Position numbers and translations under genes: made by a program
DNA from: a virus
DNA length: 33,217 bases
Virus record (IMG/VR): IMGVR_UViG_3300045988_037273
Reading direction: 5' to 3' (one strand)
The notes under the pieces: model-generated
What the model saw: the letters and a program-made list of their open reading frames with translations, nothing else
Told to the model about the DNA's origin: nothing
Database searches by the model: none
Part shown: positions 1-9,004 of the stretch, piece by piece
Position numbering within the stretch: position 1 is the stretch's first letter
Layout: every line of letters starts with the position of its first letter

Positions 1-53
1 ATACCGGAATAGTCCGACTAGTCCGAACCGTCCCGATACCGGAATAGTCCGAC
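1..53. repeat. 35-bp tandem repeat block (unit TAGTCCGAACCGTCCCGATACCGGAATAGTCCGAC) forming a terminal redundancy with the window end
   Basis: Bases 1-38 are identical to 33180-33217. TAGTCCGAC/TAGTCCGAAC sub-motifs lie at 10-18, 19-28 and 45-53. After removing the 38-bp overlap, the junction reads as two perfect 35-bp units. Confidence 0.9.
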
Positions 54-132
54 TACCGGTCTACTACTCGCGCATCTCTTTAGGAGACCGTGGGCGCACA
101 CGCGCAACACCTTATCACTAAATAACAAAAAT

Positions 133-759
133 ATGGCAGGAAGAGCAAAGAAGGAAGCCGCCCCCGATACGAAGGCGGCAATTACCAAGGGACAAGCGAC
201 GGGCAAAGCCCCAGCCCCCAAAGACGATTTGAAGAAGTGCAAAGAACTTTATGAGATTGTGCAGACGCGCGGTTGCAAAGGCGCTACGTTGGCAACCGTC
301 GAGGAGTGCGTCAATTACGTAGCCGAGTACATGAACTTCTGCGAGCGGAACCCGTTCATTACGTATGACGTCCTGAAGGGCGGGAACGCGGCAGGGCAGA
401 AAGTCCCTATAGAGAAGAAACGCGCGCCATCGCTCGGGGGCTTCTGCCTTTTCATCGGGTGGACCTTACAGGCGTTCAAGAAGAACGGCGCACGGCTTGA
501 AAAGCTGGCGGACGACGGGAACGAAGACGCGGCTAGCCTATTGACCGGGTACGCCCTTATCGCCGAACTCATCGCAACCGATATGGATGAAAGCGCGCTT
601 GCCGGTGTGGTTGATGCCAACTACATGGCGAGGTTAAGAGGACTACGGGACCTTAAGGACGTTACAAGCAATGGCAAGGAGGCAGGCACGAAGGCTATGC
701 AGGTGAACGTACTGTCAGAGGACGCGGTGAAGAACCTACAGAAGTTAGGAGGCATTTAG
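133..759 (+). CDS. terS: terminase small subunit
   Basis: Lies directly upstream of terL. Has a Lys/Ala-rich N-terminus and the segment RAPSLGGFCLFIGWTLQAF, which resembles the HTH-like core of Terminase_2-type small subunits. Confidence 0.7.
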   Translation: MAGRAKKEAAPDTKAAITKGQATGKAPAPKDDLKKCKELYEIVQTRGCKGATLATVEECVNYVAEYMNFCERNPFITYDVLKGGNAAGQKVPIEKKRAPSLGGFCLFIGWTLQAFKKNGARLEKLADDGNEDAASLLTGYALIAELIATDMDESALAGVVDANYMARLRGLRDLKDVTSNGKEAGTKAMQVNVLSEDAVKNLQKLGGI

Positions 760-762
760 GGC

Positions 763-1908
763 ATGAACGTTACATTTACTTTTGAAAAGATACTGGCGGC
801 TTTCGTAGACCCGAAGATACGCGGTGTAGCCTCTAAAGGCGGTACACGTAGCGGTAAGACATGGGCAACCCTACAGATGCTGCACATACTGGCGCTGAAC
901 AACCCCCAACCGCTCGTTATCTCGTGCGTGGCGGCTACGTTCCCGATGGTTAAGCGCGGTATGCTCCGCGACTTCAAGGCTATGGTAGCAGCCGAGGGGT
1001 ATTGGGACGAGAACAGGTTTAATAAAACGGAGAGTACATACGAATACCCGAACGGCACGATAATCGAGTTCTTCTCGTGTGATAACGCCGGCAAGGTGCA
1101 CGGTCCTGCACGTGATATTCTGTACGTCAACGAGGCGCAAAGCGTACCGCGTGAAGTCTTTAGGCAGCTCGATATCCGTACCCGTAAAAAGGTTATCATC
1201 GACTATAACCCCGTGCGGAAGTTCTGGGGCGAGACCGAGTTCGTAGGTGACAGATACGTTACCATACATTCAACGTACAAGGATAACCCGTACTTAACGC
1301 CCGAACAAGTCGCAGCCATCGAGAAGAACAAGGACGATGCCAACTGGTGGCGCGTGTATGGCGAGGGCTTGACGGGCGGCGTAGAGGGTAACGTTTACCC
1401 CGAATATGAGGTTATCGACGACATGCCGGAAACTTACACCGGCAGGTGCCTGGGGCTTGACTTCGGGTTCGTGAATGACCCTACCGCGATAGTCGACATA
1501 CGTATGGAAGGCTGGGACCTGTACGTAGACCTGCTTTGTTATGAACAAGGCTTGCTGAATAGCCATATAGCGGACTACTTGAACGCCAATGCACTGAACC
1601 GCGTGGTAACGGTGTGCGACAGTGCGGAGCAAAAGAGTATCGTGGAGCTGCAGCAGAAGCGCATCAAAGCGATACCGTGTGTCAAGGGGCGCGGCTCCAT
1701 AGCAGCGGGCATTGCCCAGGTCAAGCAGTTCAAGCTGCACGTAACAAAGCGTTCGGTCAAGCTGCTTGATGAACTGGATAACTACAAATGGATTAAGGAC
1801 GAAGTATCGGACACATACACCAACGAAGCTATAGACGCGTGGAACCACGCACTTGACGCGCTCCGTTACGGTGTGGACTTTCTAATACGTAAATACAGAC
1901 CCAAATAA
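763..1908 (+). CDS. terL: terminase large subunit (PBSX/Terminase_3-like)
   Basis: Walker A motif GGTRSGKTW. RNaseH-like nuclease motifs GLDFGFVNDPTAIV, CDSAEQKSI and HALDALRY. Confidence 0.9.
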   Translation: MNVTFTFEKILAAFVDPKIRGVASKGGTRSGKTWATLQMLHILALNNPQPLVISCVAATFPMVKRGMLRDFKAMVAAEGYWDENRFNKTESTYEYPNGTIIEFFSCDNAGKVHGPARDILYVNEAQSVPREVFRQLDIRTRKKVIIDYNPVRKFWGETEFVGDRYVTIHSTYKDNPYLTPEQVAAIEKNKDDANWWRVYGEGLTGGVEGNVYPEYEVIDDMPETYTGRCLGLDFGFVNDPTAIVDIRMEGWDLYVDLLCYEQGLLNSHIADYLNANALNRVVTVCDSAEQKSIVELQQKRIKAIPCVKGRGSIAAGIAQVKQFKLHVTKRSVKLLDELDNYKWIKDEVSDTYTNEAIDAWNHALDALRYGVDFLIRKYRPK

Positions 1909-2519
1909 TGAAAAAGTTTATATTGAAATGGATTTATCGCATAACAGCGATTAACAACCGAAAGGTTTTGTTACGGGTTGCCAACCTACCCGCAAACGGA
2001 ACCGTCCGAATAACCAAGGACGAGGAAAGGCTACTCAAGGATATGATTAAATACTGCCGACCCTCACAAGTCGCTACGCGCAATGGGAAAGCCGTGTACA
2101 GACTCAGGGACGTCGAGGGTATAACTCTATGGTCTATGCTTGAAACGCGCCGCGCAGAGGACGCAAACGGGCGTATCAAGGCGTGGACTGATGACAACTA
2201 TGAAGCGGAGACGATTCTCGACGCCGCAAAGCTTGATAAGTTCATAGTGTCACAGATGGAAATCGCGGACGGTCTCGAGCAAATCGTGTTCCAGAACATG
2301 AAGCAGACGGGCGAAAGCGCGTTGACGGGCGACGAGAACATTAGGCAGGCAAAGAACCTTCTCGGACTTGTGCAGATTACCGCCGAGCTTTTCCACTGTA
2401 GCTTTGAGGACGCGAAGCAAATCAACTATTCGGACGCTATGCTGGCTATCGCCAAACGTAACGACGAGATAGAGAAGGAAAAGCGGGAAATGAAGAAACA
2501 ACAGATGAAAAACAGATAG
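1908..2519 (+). CDS. hypothetical protein (structural module)
   Basis: 203-aa ORF. Its ATG overlaps the terL stop (TAATG). No motif recognised. Confidence 0.7.
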   Translation: MKKFILKWIYRITAINNRKVLLRVANLPANGTVRITKDEERLLKDMIKYCRPSQVATRNGKAVYRLRDVEGITLWSMLETRRAEDANGRIKAWTDDNYEAETILDAAKLDKFIVSQMEIADGLEQIVFQNMKQTGESALTGDENIRQAKNLLGLVQITAELFHCSFEDAKQINYSDAMLAIAKRNDEIEKEKREMKKQQMKNR

Positions 2520-2521
2520 TT

Positions 2522-2926
2522 ATGACTTTTGAAACAATAATTAACACGGCGAACGCCCGGGCTACAGCCTTGGGCAAAACGCTGATATTCGGAGATACTG
2601 CCGTGCAGAACGTAGCGGCTAACGGATTGGGTGATGACTTTTTTACGCTTGACGTAACGACCGGGAGCTATACGGACACAAACGTACCGGGGTCAAGCAC
2701 CTACACGGTAGTCATTCGCTGCATGGGTACATCGGCTTATATGCGGGACGATGCCGTAGAGATAGCAACTTTGATACGCACCGACTTGCTTTTGCATGAG
2801 ATGCTTAAGAGCTTCATATGCGGCTACGAGATTGGCTCGCTGCGTATCGTCAAAGTGCAAAACCAGTACGACACCATCAAATCGGGTTGGGAGGCAACGT
2901 TCGACGCCTACAAGTACGGGGCGTGA
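2522..2926 (+). CDS. hypothetical protein (structural module)
   Basis: 134-aa ORF that starts 2 nt after the upstream stop. Confidence 0.7.
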   Translation: MTFETIINTANARATALGKTLIFGDTAVQNVAANGLGDDFFTLDVTTGSYTDTNVPGSSTYTVVIRCMGTSAYMRDDAVEIATLIRTDLLLHEMLKSFICGYEIGSLRIVKVQNQYDTIKSGWEATFDAYKYGA

Positions 2927-2961
2927 ACTTAATACCGTTTGCTTTCTGACGGTTTACTTCG

Positions 2962-2969
2962 TACTTTTG
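2962..2969 (+). promoter_or_regulatory. candidate Bacteroidota-type -7 box (TACTTTTG)
   Basis: Exact TAnnTTTG match in the 67-bp gap, 25 nt upstream of the ATG at 2994. It is followed by the A-rich leader AAAAACAAAAGAGC. Confidence 0.45.
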
Positions 2970-2993
2970 TGCACTGTCTAAAAACAAAAGAGC

Positions 2994-3338
2994 ATGAAAA
3001 TCATCAGAAACAACTTTATCCCGGTTAAAGGCTTCAAGGCTATTAACCTATTCGGCATTCTCTTCGTACGTGGTAACGCGGCTATTAGTGAAAAGACGCT
3101 AAGACACGAACACATCCACACGATGCAGATGCGCGAGATGCTGTATGTGCCGTTTTACTTGTGGTATGGTATTGAGTACGTCATTCGCTTCATCGGTTGG
3201 AGCTTCGAGAAGAAGCCCTGCGACCCGAACGATAAGCCATACGACCGCATGAGCTTTGAGAAGGAGGCCTACGGCAACGAGCACGACGTAGACTACCCAA
3301 AGACAAGGAAACATTTTAGCTGGTTTAAGTATATTTAA
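2994..3338 (+). CDS. small HExxH-motif protein (putative zinc metallopeptidase)
   Basis: Contains RHEHIHTMQ (HExxH), with a downstream FEKEAYGNE that could supply a third Glu ligand. 114 aa. Confidence 0.5.
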   Translation: MKIIRNNFIPVKGFKAINLFGILFVRGNAAISEKTLRHEHIHTMQMREMLYVPFYLWYGIEYVIRFIGWSFEKKPCDPNDKPYDRMSFEKEAYGNEHDVDYPKTRKHFSWFKYI

Positions 3339-3340
3339 CT

Positions 3341-3781
3341 ATGAACAAGGAAGTTACCCAATTAGTTAAGCAGATACGCGACGAGATAGTAGATAACTAC
3401 TATCGTATGGGGCTTAACGCTTCGGGTCGCTTCGACAGAGAAACTGAAGTGGTGGAGTATGCAGGCGGCGTGAAGATTGAAAGCCCGGCATACATCTATC
3501 AGATGGAAGACGGGAGGGCGGCTGGCAGCTTTCCGCCCGTTTCTGCCATCAGGCAGTGGATTAAAGACAAGAACGCGAACGCCGGGACTGACATACCCGA
3601 GGAAGCGGCATACGCGATAGCATACGTTATCAAGCGCGACGGTATTCGTGTACCCAACGAGCACAACGAAGGCGGCGTAGCAAGTAAGATACTAACCCCC
3701 GAGATGGTGCAACGTATCACAGTAGAGGTGTCCCGGATAGTAAGGGCAGAGATATTAACCATTTTAACTAAAAAGAAATGA
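3341..3781 (+). CDS. hypothetical virion protein (possibly a head-tail joining, HK97 gp10-like protein)
   Basis: 146-aa ORF. The segment EDGRAAGSFPPVSAIRQWIKDK weakly resembles gp10-like tail-component proteins. Confidence 0.3.
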   Translation: MNKEVTQLVKQIRDEIVDNYYRMGLNASGRFDRETEVVEYAGGVKIESPAYIYQMEDGRAAGSFPPVSAIRQWIKDKNANAGTDIPEEAAYAIAYVIKRDGIRVPNEHNEGGVASKILTPEMVQRITVEVSRIVRAEILTILTKKK

Positions 3782-4797
3782 TAATAAGAAACCTATTAAA
3801 CAACCAAACGGCAACGGCGGGTGGGAGTATGGATATCGGCGGAATTGGCACAGGTATCTATCGCCCTATACGACTGGAACAGGTCGGCTCGGTTACCAGT
3901 ATATCCCTTATCTTTTCGCGCAACGGAGCACGGAAGGCAACGGCTACCGTTGTCCCATACGAGGGGGCAGTATTGGATATGTCGATGATGGCGGCAGCCA
4001 CACCGAGCTTAACGGAGAGCATTAACGCGGGTCTCGGCTTTACCGACTTCGTCGATAACATTCAGATATTATACACCGAGGGCACGAAGAAGTCTATCAC
4101 GGTACGCGTTATACATGTCCCGGCAGCAGACGCCCGGTTTGCTAACACTGCAAGCACGCGCAACCTATCCGACTACGGTAACGGACTGTTTAACCAGTTG
4201 GACTTTAACTGTGCTTCGTTTCTCAATAGTCCGTTAACGGGTGCACCGTTTAACTTTGCTTTGAGATACGGGCAGTTTACGGCGAACTCGGACGGTAGAC
4301 TACGGCACAGAGTCAATGGTACGGGTACATCCGGGAGATGGTCAAATACCGACCGGATAGACGGAGCGAACCAGCCCAATAGAGAGTTCAGAACCGCCAA
4401 CGACGCGTCTACCTGGGGGTGGGCACGTTTTGAACGCAAATACCCGTATTGCCCCAACCCTAACAAACGCGTAACGCTTCGATGGCTTAACAGCAAGGGG
4501 GCTTATGATACGATGTATTTCGACCGATACCGCATTGTGCCTACTTACTTGGTTAACTTCTCGGGCGGCAACCGTGTGTTGTCCTACGACGTTACAATAA
4601 ACGTAGTAGTAACCGATGATAACCAAAACGCGTTGTACTGGCTTTCACGCTCGGGCGAGGTTGCCGGGGTATTCCCTTTGGCTACAAACCAGTGGGCACG
4701 CGTTACGATACAAAACCCGAACGCATTGAACATACAAGGCGGTGCCACGGGACGGGTAGCGGCGTTTAAATGCAAGTTTGAAATCATAGAACCTTAA
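3778..4797 (+). CDS. virion structural protein (tail or fibre-like)
   Basis: 339 aa, rich in G/N/T/S/aromatic residues with a beta-rich composition. ATGA overlap with the upstream gene. Confidence 0.45.
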   Translation: MIIRNLLNNQTATAGGSMDIGGIGTGIYRPIRLEQVGSVTSISLIFSRNGARKATATVVPYEGAVLDMSMMAAATPSLTESINAGLGFTDFVDNIQILYTEGTKKSITVRVIHVPAADARFANTASTRNLSDYGNGLFNQLDFNCASFLNSPLTGAPFNFALRYGQFTANSDGRLRHRVNGTGTSGRWSNTDRIDGANQPNREFRTANDASTWGWARFERKYPYCPNPNKRVTLRWLNSKGAYDTMYFDRYRIVPTYLVNFSGGNRVLSYDVTINVVVTDDNQNALYWLSRSGEVAGVFPLATNQWARVTIQNPNALNIQGGATGRVAAFKCKFEIIEP

Positions 4798-4801
4798 CAA
4801 T

Positions 4802-6409
4802 ATGGACCTAACGATACGAATTAATGGCGAAGTGATAGACGGTGTTTCCGCTAACTCGGTGAAACTGACTATCAACAACCCCGACCCTTTGAAATTTACG
4901 GAGCAAACGGTTAGTTACTCCGGGACAATCAACATACCCCGTTCAGAAGTGAATGACCGGGTATTCCGTTCCGAGCGTTTCCCGGGGAAGTTCATAAGAA
5001 CGGCTCCGTACCGTGCCGAATTGTGTTTCGGGGGCTTCAATATTCCGTTCGGCAGCGGTTTGTTCCGTGTACGGGTAACGGCAGATGAGGACGGTTACAG
5101 CCTTGAACTGATAGAAAACATATCGAAGCTTTCGACATTGCGCGCCCCAGTGGTTGCCATACCTACCTTTGAAACGCCGGCGTACCAGTTTTCGACGTAC
5201 GAGGATAGTCTTAACTACGCGTACCCTACCCCGGTAATTATGCCCAACCTATACGCATTTAACGGGACAACACCCGTAAATCTCGCATACGTGGCAGACC
5301 GGGAAACGAAAACAGCAGGCGCTTATAAGGATGCGGAAAGCCAGTTGGTTTTTAAGGGTGCGCATGACGGGCTTAGGGGTTCGGTGTACGCCGCAAATTA
5401 CATGATAGCGGAGGATAACGACGTAGCAACATGTTTCACGTATATGGTGGGTTCTACGTTCGACCTTGAATTCACTTCCGATTCGTTCGTTATCCTACCT
5501 CCGACAGCCCCGGCAACCGTTTACCTACGAAGTAACGGGGGCACATTCGCTTTGCCTTTCGCACGCGGAACCGTAAGACCCGATGGTAATTACCCTTACT
5601 ACCCGGTTAGCCCCGGCACCACGTCGTGCATAATAACCCCGAGACCGGCACGAGACCTGAATTTCGGGTTTACAACCTCTTCGAATTCTATGGTTTATTC
5701 GGGTACGCCTATTACTTCCGTACCTACTACCGAAGCGTATTATATATCGTTCCGTATCAGGGCGGTTGGGTCGCCAGCGTATGCCTGGGACTTGGTGTCA
5801 ACGATGGGGCTGAGCACCCCGTTCGATATCGTGCAGGCGTTTTGCAAGGCATTTTGCTGGACTTATGAGTTTCAGTCCGAACCGTTTTTGTTGACGCTCA
5901 AACCGTTCGTAAACCCGTCGACATCTTCGACCTATAGAATTAACTGGACCGGGAAGATAGACCCTACCAGTATTAAGGTGTCCGAAGCGGAAGGGGCGGC
6001 ACGAACATACACTGTAAAGGTAGGCGAGTTAACGCAAACCGTGGGTGGCTATGGCGGTGCGATATCCACGCAGGAGACCGCTGGAGAAAGCAATTTCCCC
6101 GTAAACCCGGGCGCTTCCCGACCATACGCCTCCATGATAAGGGCGAGCGGTTCGAGCTGGATACCCGATAACTATTTCAACCGTGCGAGCGGTTACCGTG
6201 CTACGATAGCAGGGCATTACGACCGCTTCTCCCCTGGTTGGCAGATAACGGCTAAAATGAACCTATCATATTTTGATATACAGAAAATGAAGTCCGACGC
6301 GCTTTATTTCGTAGGTGAGCTTAACCACTGGTTCTACCTTAGAACACTAAGCAATTGGGACCCGTCAACAGGAAATGCGAACGTTACGTTAATCGCAGTT
6401 AAAAATTAA
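4802..6409 (+). CDS. virion structural protein (tail fibre or receptor-binding-like)
   Basis: 535 aa with beta-rich, G/S/T/Y/P-rich composition, lying between other structural genes. Confidence 0.45.
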   Translation: MDLTIRINGEVIDGVSANSVKLTINNPDPLKFTEQTVSYSGTINIPRSEVNDRVFRSERFPGKFIRTAPYRAELCFGGFNIPFGSGLFRVRVTADEDGYSLELIENISKLSTLRAPVVAIPTFETPAYQFSTYEDSLNYAYPTPVIMPNLYAFNGTTPVNLAYVADRETKTAGAYKDAESQLVFKGAHDGLRGSVYAANYMIAEDNDVATCFTYMVGSTFDLEFTSDSFVILPPTAPATVYLRSNGGTFALPFARGTVRPDGNYPYYPVSPGTTSCIITPRPARDLNFGFTTSSNSMVYSGTPITSVPTTEAYYISFRIRAVGSPAYAWDLVSTMGLSTPFDIVQAFCKAFCWTYEFQSEPFLLTLKPFVNPSTSSTYRINWTGKIDPTSIKVSEAEGAARTYTVKVGELTQTVGGYGGAISTQETAGESNFPVNPGASRPYASMIRASGSSWIPDNYFNRASGYRATIAGHYDRFSPGWQITAKMNLSYFDIQKMKSDALYFVGELNHWFYLRTLSNWDPSTGNANVTLIAVKN

Positions 6410-6420
6410 TAATTTGGATT

Positions 6421-8928
6421 ATGGCAACAGAAAAAGTTACTCTATTAGACCTTTCGTTTGATACGTCTTCAGCCCTTGACGGGCTGGACGCTCTCATAGC
6501 AAAGTCCGTCGAACTGGCAGAAACAAAGAGCCAGCTAATGGCAGCACTTAAGGACGAGAAGAAGCAGTTGGACGAGGCAGGAAAGGCGTACAAGGATGGG
6601 ACAATCGGACAAGACGAGTATAAAAAGGCGGTAGGCGATGCGGCAAAGGCGCAAATAGATTTGAAAAAGCAGTTGTTGGACGTTAACGCCTCAATCTCCG
6701 ATAACAACCGCGAGATAAAGACGAGCACGACGCTCTTAAACAGCCAAGAGGACAGCGTAGACGCGCTCCGTGCGCGGCTTGCAAAGAACACCAAGGAACT
6801 AAACGCGATGAGCGCAGCGACGCGCAACAACACGGAAGAAGGGCAGAAGCTTGTAGCCGAGACAAAGGAGATAAGCGACAGACTTAAGGACATGGAAAAG
6901 GCTGTAGGCGATAACCGTAGGAACGTAGGTAACTATGCGGAAAGCATACAGGAAGCAATGAGCAGCACACAAGGGCTTTCTGGGGCTACGGCGGCTATGG
7001 CTACGTCTCTGTCGGGTGGTGTGAACATCCTAAAGGTGTTTAACGCTACGTTGAGAGCCAACCCGATATTGGCAGTAGTTTCTGTTATACTGGTTCTTGT
7101 GTCTACGGTTGAAAAGCTGATGAAACGTAACAGTGAGATGGCGGCAAACCTAAAGGCGGCATTCGCTCCGTTTGAGGTTATCTTCTCGCGCATACTGGAC
7201 GGCATTACCAACATGTTGAGCGGTGTCGCAAAGGCTTTCGAGTGGGTAACGGAGAAGGTTGTCAACTTGCTTTCGTCTATCGGTCTTATTACCGAGGAGA
7301 CCACGAAGGCAGCGAACGGGGCAAAAGCACTCACCAAGCAGGAGCTGGCGATATATGAGGCGGAAACGAATAACCTTGTAACGCTGTCGGCGATGCGCAG
7401 GGAACTGGAAGCGCAAAGTACCATTATAGGGGACCAGCTAAAGACCGCAGAAGAACGGAACCTGGCAGCGCAAAAGGCTATTGCTATTTCTAAGCAGATG
7501 GAGAAAGCCGAGATAGACGTACTACAGCAGAAGTACAATCAAATCAAGGCGCAAAACGAACTGAGCTACACCAGCAAGGAAGACAGACGCGCCGAGATGC
7601 AAGCACTGGCAGACCTGCAAGCACGCCAAGCGGATTACATCTCGCAGCGTAAAGAGTTGGAAAACCAGGCGAGCGGCATTGTAAAGGCACAGATAGAAGC
7701 CAATGCAGCAGCTTACAAAGCCGCAGAGAGCGCCAAAGCACAAGCCGCAATAAAGGCAGCGCAGGACGCGGAGAACCAAAAGCGCGCTTTACAAGAGGCT
7801 ACTATAAAGCAGATGGAAACAGCGTTAACGGCTCTTAACATTTCTATGCAAGCTAAGGAACTGGAAAACGGCACCATCGGAGCGAAGATAGAAAACGAAA
7901 AGGCATACGTTGAGGAAAGTTTAAAACTTGAAAAGTACAGATTAGAGCAAGGTCTCATCTCAAAGCAAGAATATGCCAACAAGGAAGCCGAATTTAATTT
8001 GGGCATACAGCAATTGGAGATGCAGCGTAAAGAGGAGCAGGACGCTCTTATGAGGGAACGCGACGCGATGGACGCGGCGAACCTGCACGAACTTAAGATG
8101 GCAGAAATAACAAACGAGTACGACTTAAGACAAGCGCAACTTGACGCACAATATGCGCAGGAGATTGCAGCCGCCGAGAAGATAGGCGCGGACACCGCGT
8201 TGATACAAGCCAAATACGAGAAGGCGAAAGAGGAGAACACGAGAGCACGCGTTAACGCAGAGCTGACAATGACCGCAGGTCTTGCAGGACAAATGTCAAC
8301 ACTGTTAGGGGAGCAAAGTGCTATAGGTAAGGCATTTGGCGTTGTTCAAGCGACAATAAATACTTACTTAGGCGCAACAAAAGCTCTTGCTACCGGGGGT
8401 ATTCTCGGTATCGCACAAGCCGCAGTTGTTATCGCATTCGGTATGAAACAAGTCGCTACGATTGCGAAACAGAAAGACCCCGATACGAAAATTAGCACAT
8501 CGGTCAAGAAGTACGCAAAAGGCGGGCAGATATACGGGCGTTCCCATGCACAAGGCGGTGTAACGTTCCGGGGTGATAATGGGCAGGTGTTCGAGGCTGA
8601 AGGCGGTGAAAACGTCTATATCATGAAGAAGACAGCGAGCGCCGAGATTAACGCACTGTCTGCACTCAATGAAGCACACGGGGGCAACTCGTTCGGTACC
8701 TCGGGGCTTTACAAGTTCGCCGATGGTGGTATGGTTGCCGGACTTTCCGAAGCTAACCGAGTAGTCAAGCAAGCCGGGAGCATGAAGTTATCAAACGAAA
8801 GCATTAACCAACTCGCCGGGGTAGTTATCGACGCAGTAATGAGCATGCCCAACCCGGTTGTATCGGTGCAGGATATCAACAACGGACAGAACGACGTTTC
8901 AGTAGTTCAAGGGCTGGCAACATTTTAA
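6421..8928 (+). CDS. tape-measure-like or ejection protein
   Basis: 835 aa. Long A/E/K/Q coiled-coil tracts, hydrophobic Gly/Ala-rich segments (ANPILAVVSVILVLVSTV, GGILGIAQAAVVIAFG) and a Gly-rich C-terminal domain. Confidence 0.55.
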   Translation: MATEKVTLLDLSFDTSSALDGLDALIAKSVELAETKSQLMAALKDEKKQLDEAGKAYKDGTIGQDEYKKAVGDAAKAQIDLKKQLLDVNASISDNNREIKTSTTLLNSQEDSVDALRARLAKNTKELNAMSAATRNNTEEGQKLVAETKEISDRLKDMEKAVGDNRRNVGNYAESIQEAMSSTQGLSGATAAMATSLSGGVNILKVFNATLRANPILAVVSVILVLVSTVEKLMKRNSEMAANLKAAFAPFEVIFSRILDGITNMLSGVAKAFEWVTEKVVNLLSSIGLITEETTKAANGAKALTKQELAIYEAETNNLVTLSAMRRELEAQSTIIGDQLKTAEERNLAAQKAIAISKQMEKAEIDVLQQKYNQIKAQNELSYTSKEDRRAEMQALADLQARQADYISQRKELENQASGIVKAQIEANAAAYKAAESAKAQAAIKAAQDAENQKRALQEATIKQMETALTALNISMQAKELENGTIGAKIENEKAYVEESLKLEKYRLEQGLISKQEYANKEAEFNLGIQQLEMQRKEEQDALMRERDAMDAANLHELKMAEITNEYDLRQAQLDAQYAQEIAAAEKIGADTALIQAKYEKAKEENTRARVNAELTMTAGLAGQMSTLLGEQSAIGKAFGVVQATINTYLGATKALATGGILGIAQAAVVIAFGMKQVATIAKQKDPDTKISTSVKKYAKGGQIYGRSHAQGGVTFRGDNGQVFEAEGGENVYIMKKTASAEINALSALNEAHGGNSFGTSGLYKFADGGMVAGLSEANRVVKQAGSMKLSNESINQLAGVVIDAVMSMPNPVVSVQDINNGQNDVSVVQGLATF

Positions 8929-8970
8929 ACCATTAACTCGTACAGAGATGGCAGTTTATTATATACTGCC

Positions 8971-8978
8971 TATCTTTG
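8971..8978 (+). promoter_or_regulatory. candidate -7 box (TATCTTTG) upstream of the scaffold/capsid genes
   Basis: Exact TAnnTTTG match 26 nt upstream of the ATG at 9005. Confidence 0.45.
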
Positions 8979-9004
8979 CACGTGTTACAACAAAGACAAA
9001 TTAT

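Noticed and set aside
18-242. 74-aa minus-strand ORF across the terminal repeat and terS start
   Set aside because: It is antisense to terS and its leader, is rich in Ala/Gly/Leu/Phe/Ser, and has no supporting signals.
6399-8240. Several 160-200-aa minus-strand ORFs (6399..6893, 6933..7538, 7713..8240)
   Set aside because: They are antisense shadows of the A/E/K-rich coiled-coil tape-measure-like gene. Their Ser/Phe/Ala/Cys-rich sequences have no motifs.
8948-9004. Upstream ATG as the start of the protease/scaffold gene
   Set aside because: A perfect TAnnTTTG promoter box lies inside this extension, and the 19 extra residues look non-native. I prefer the ATG at 9005, though this is not proven.
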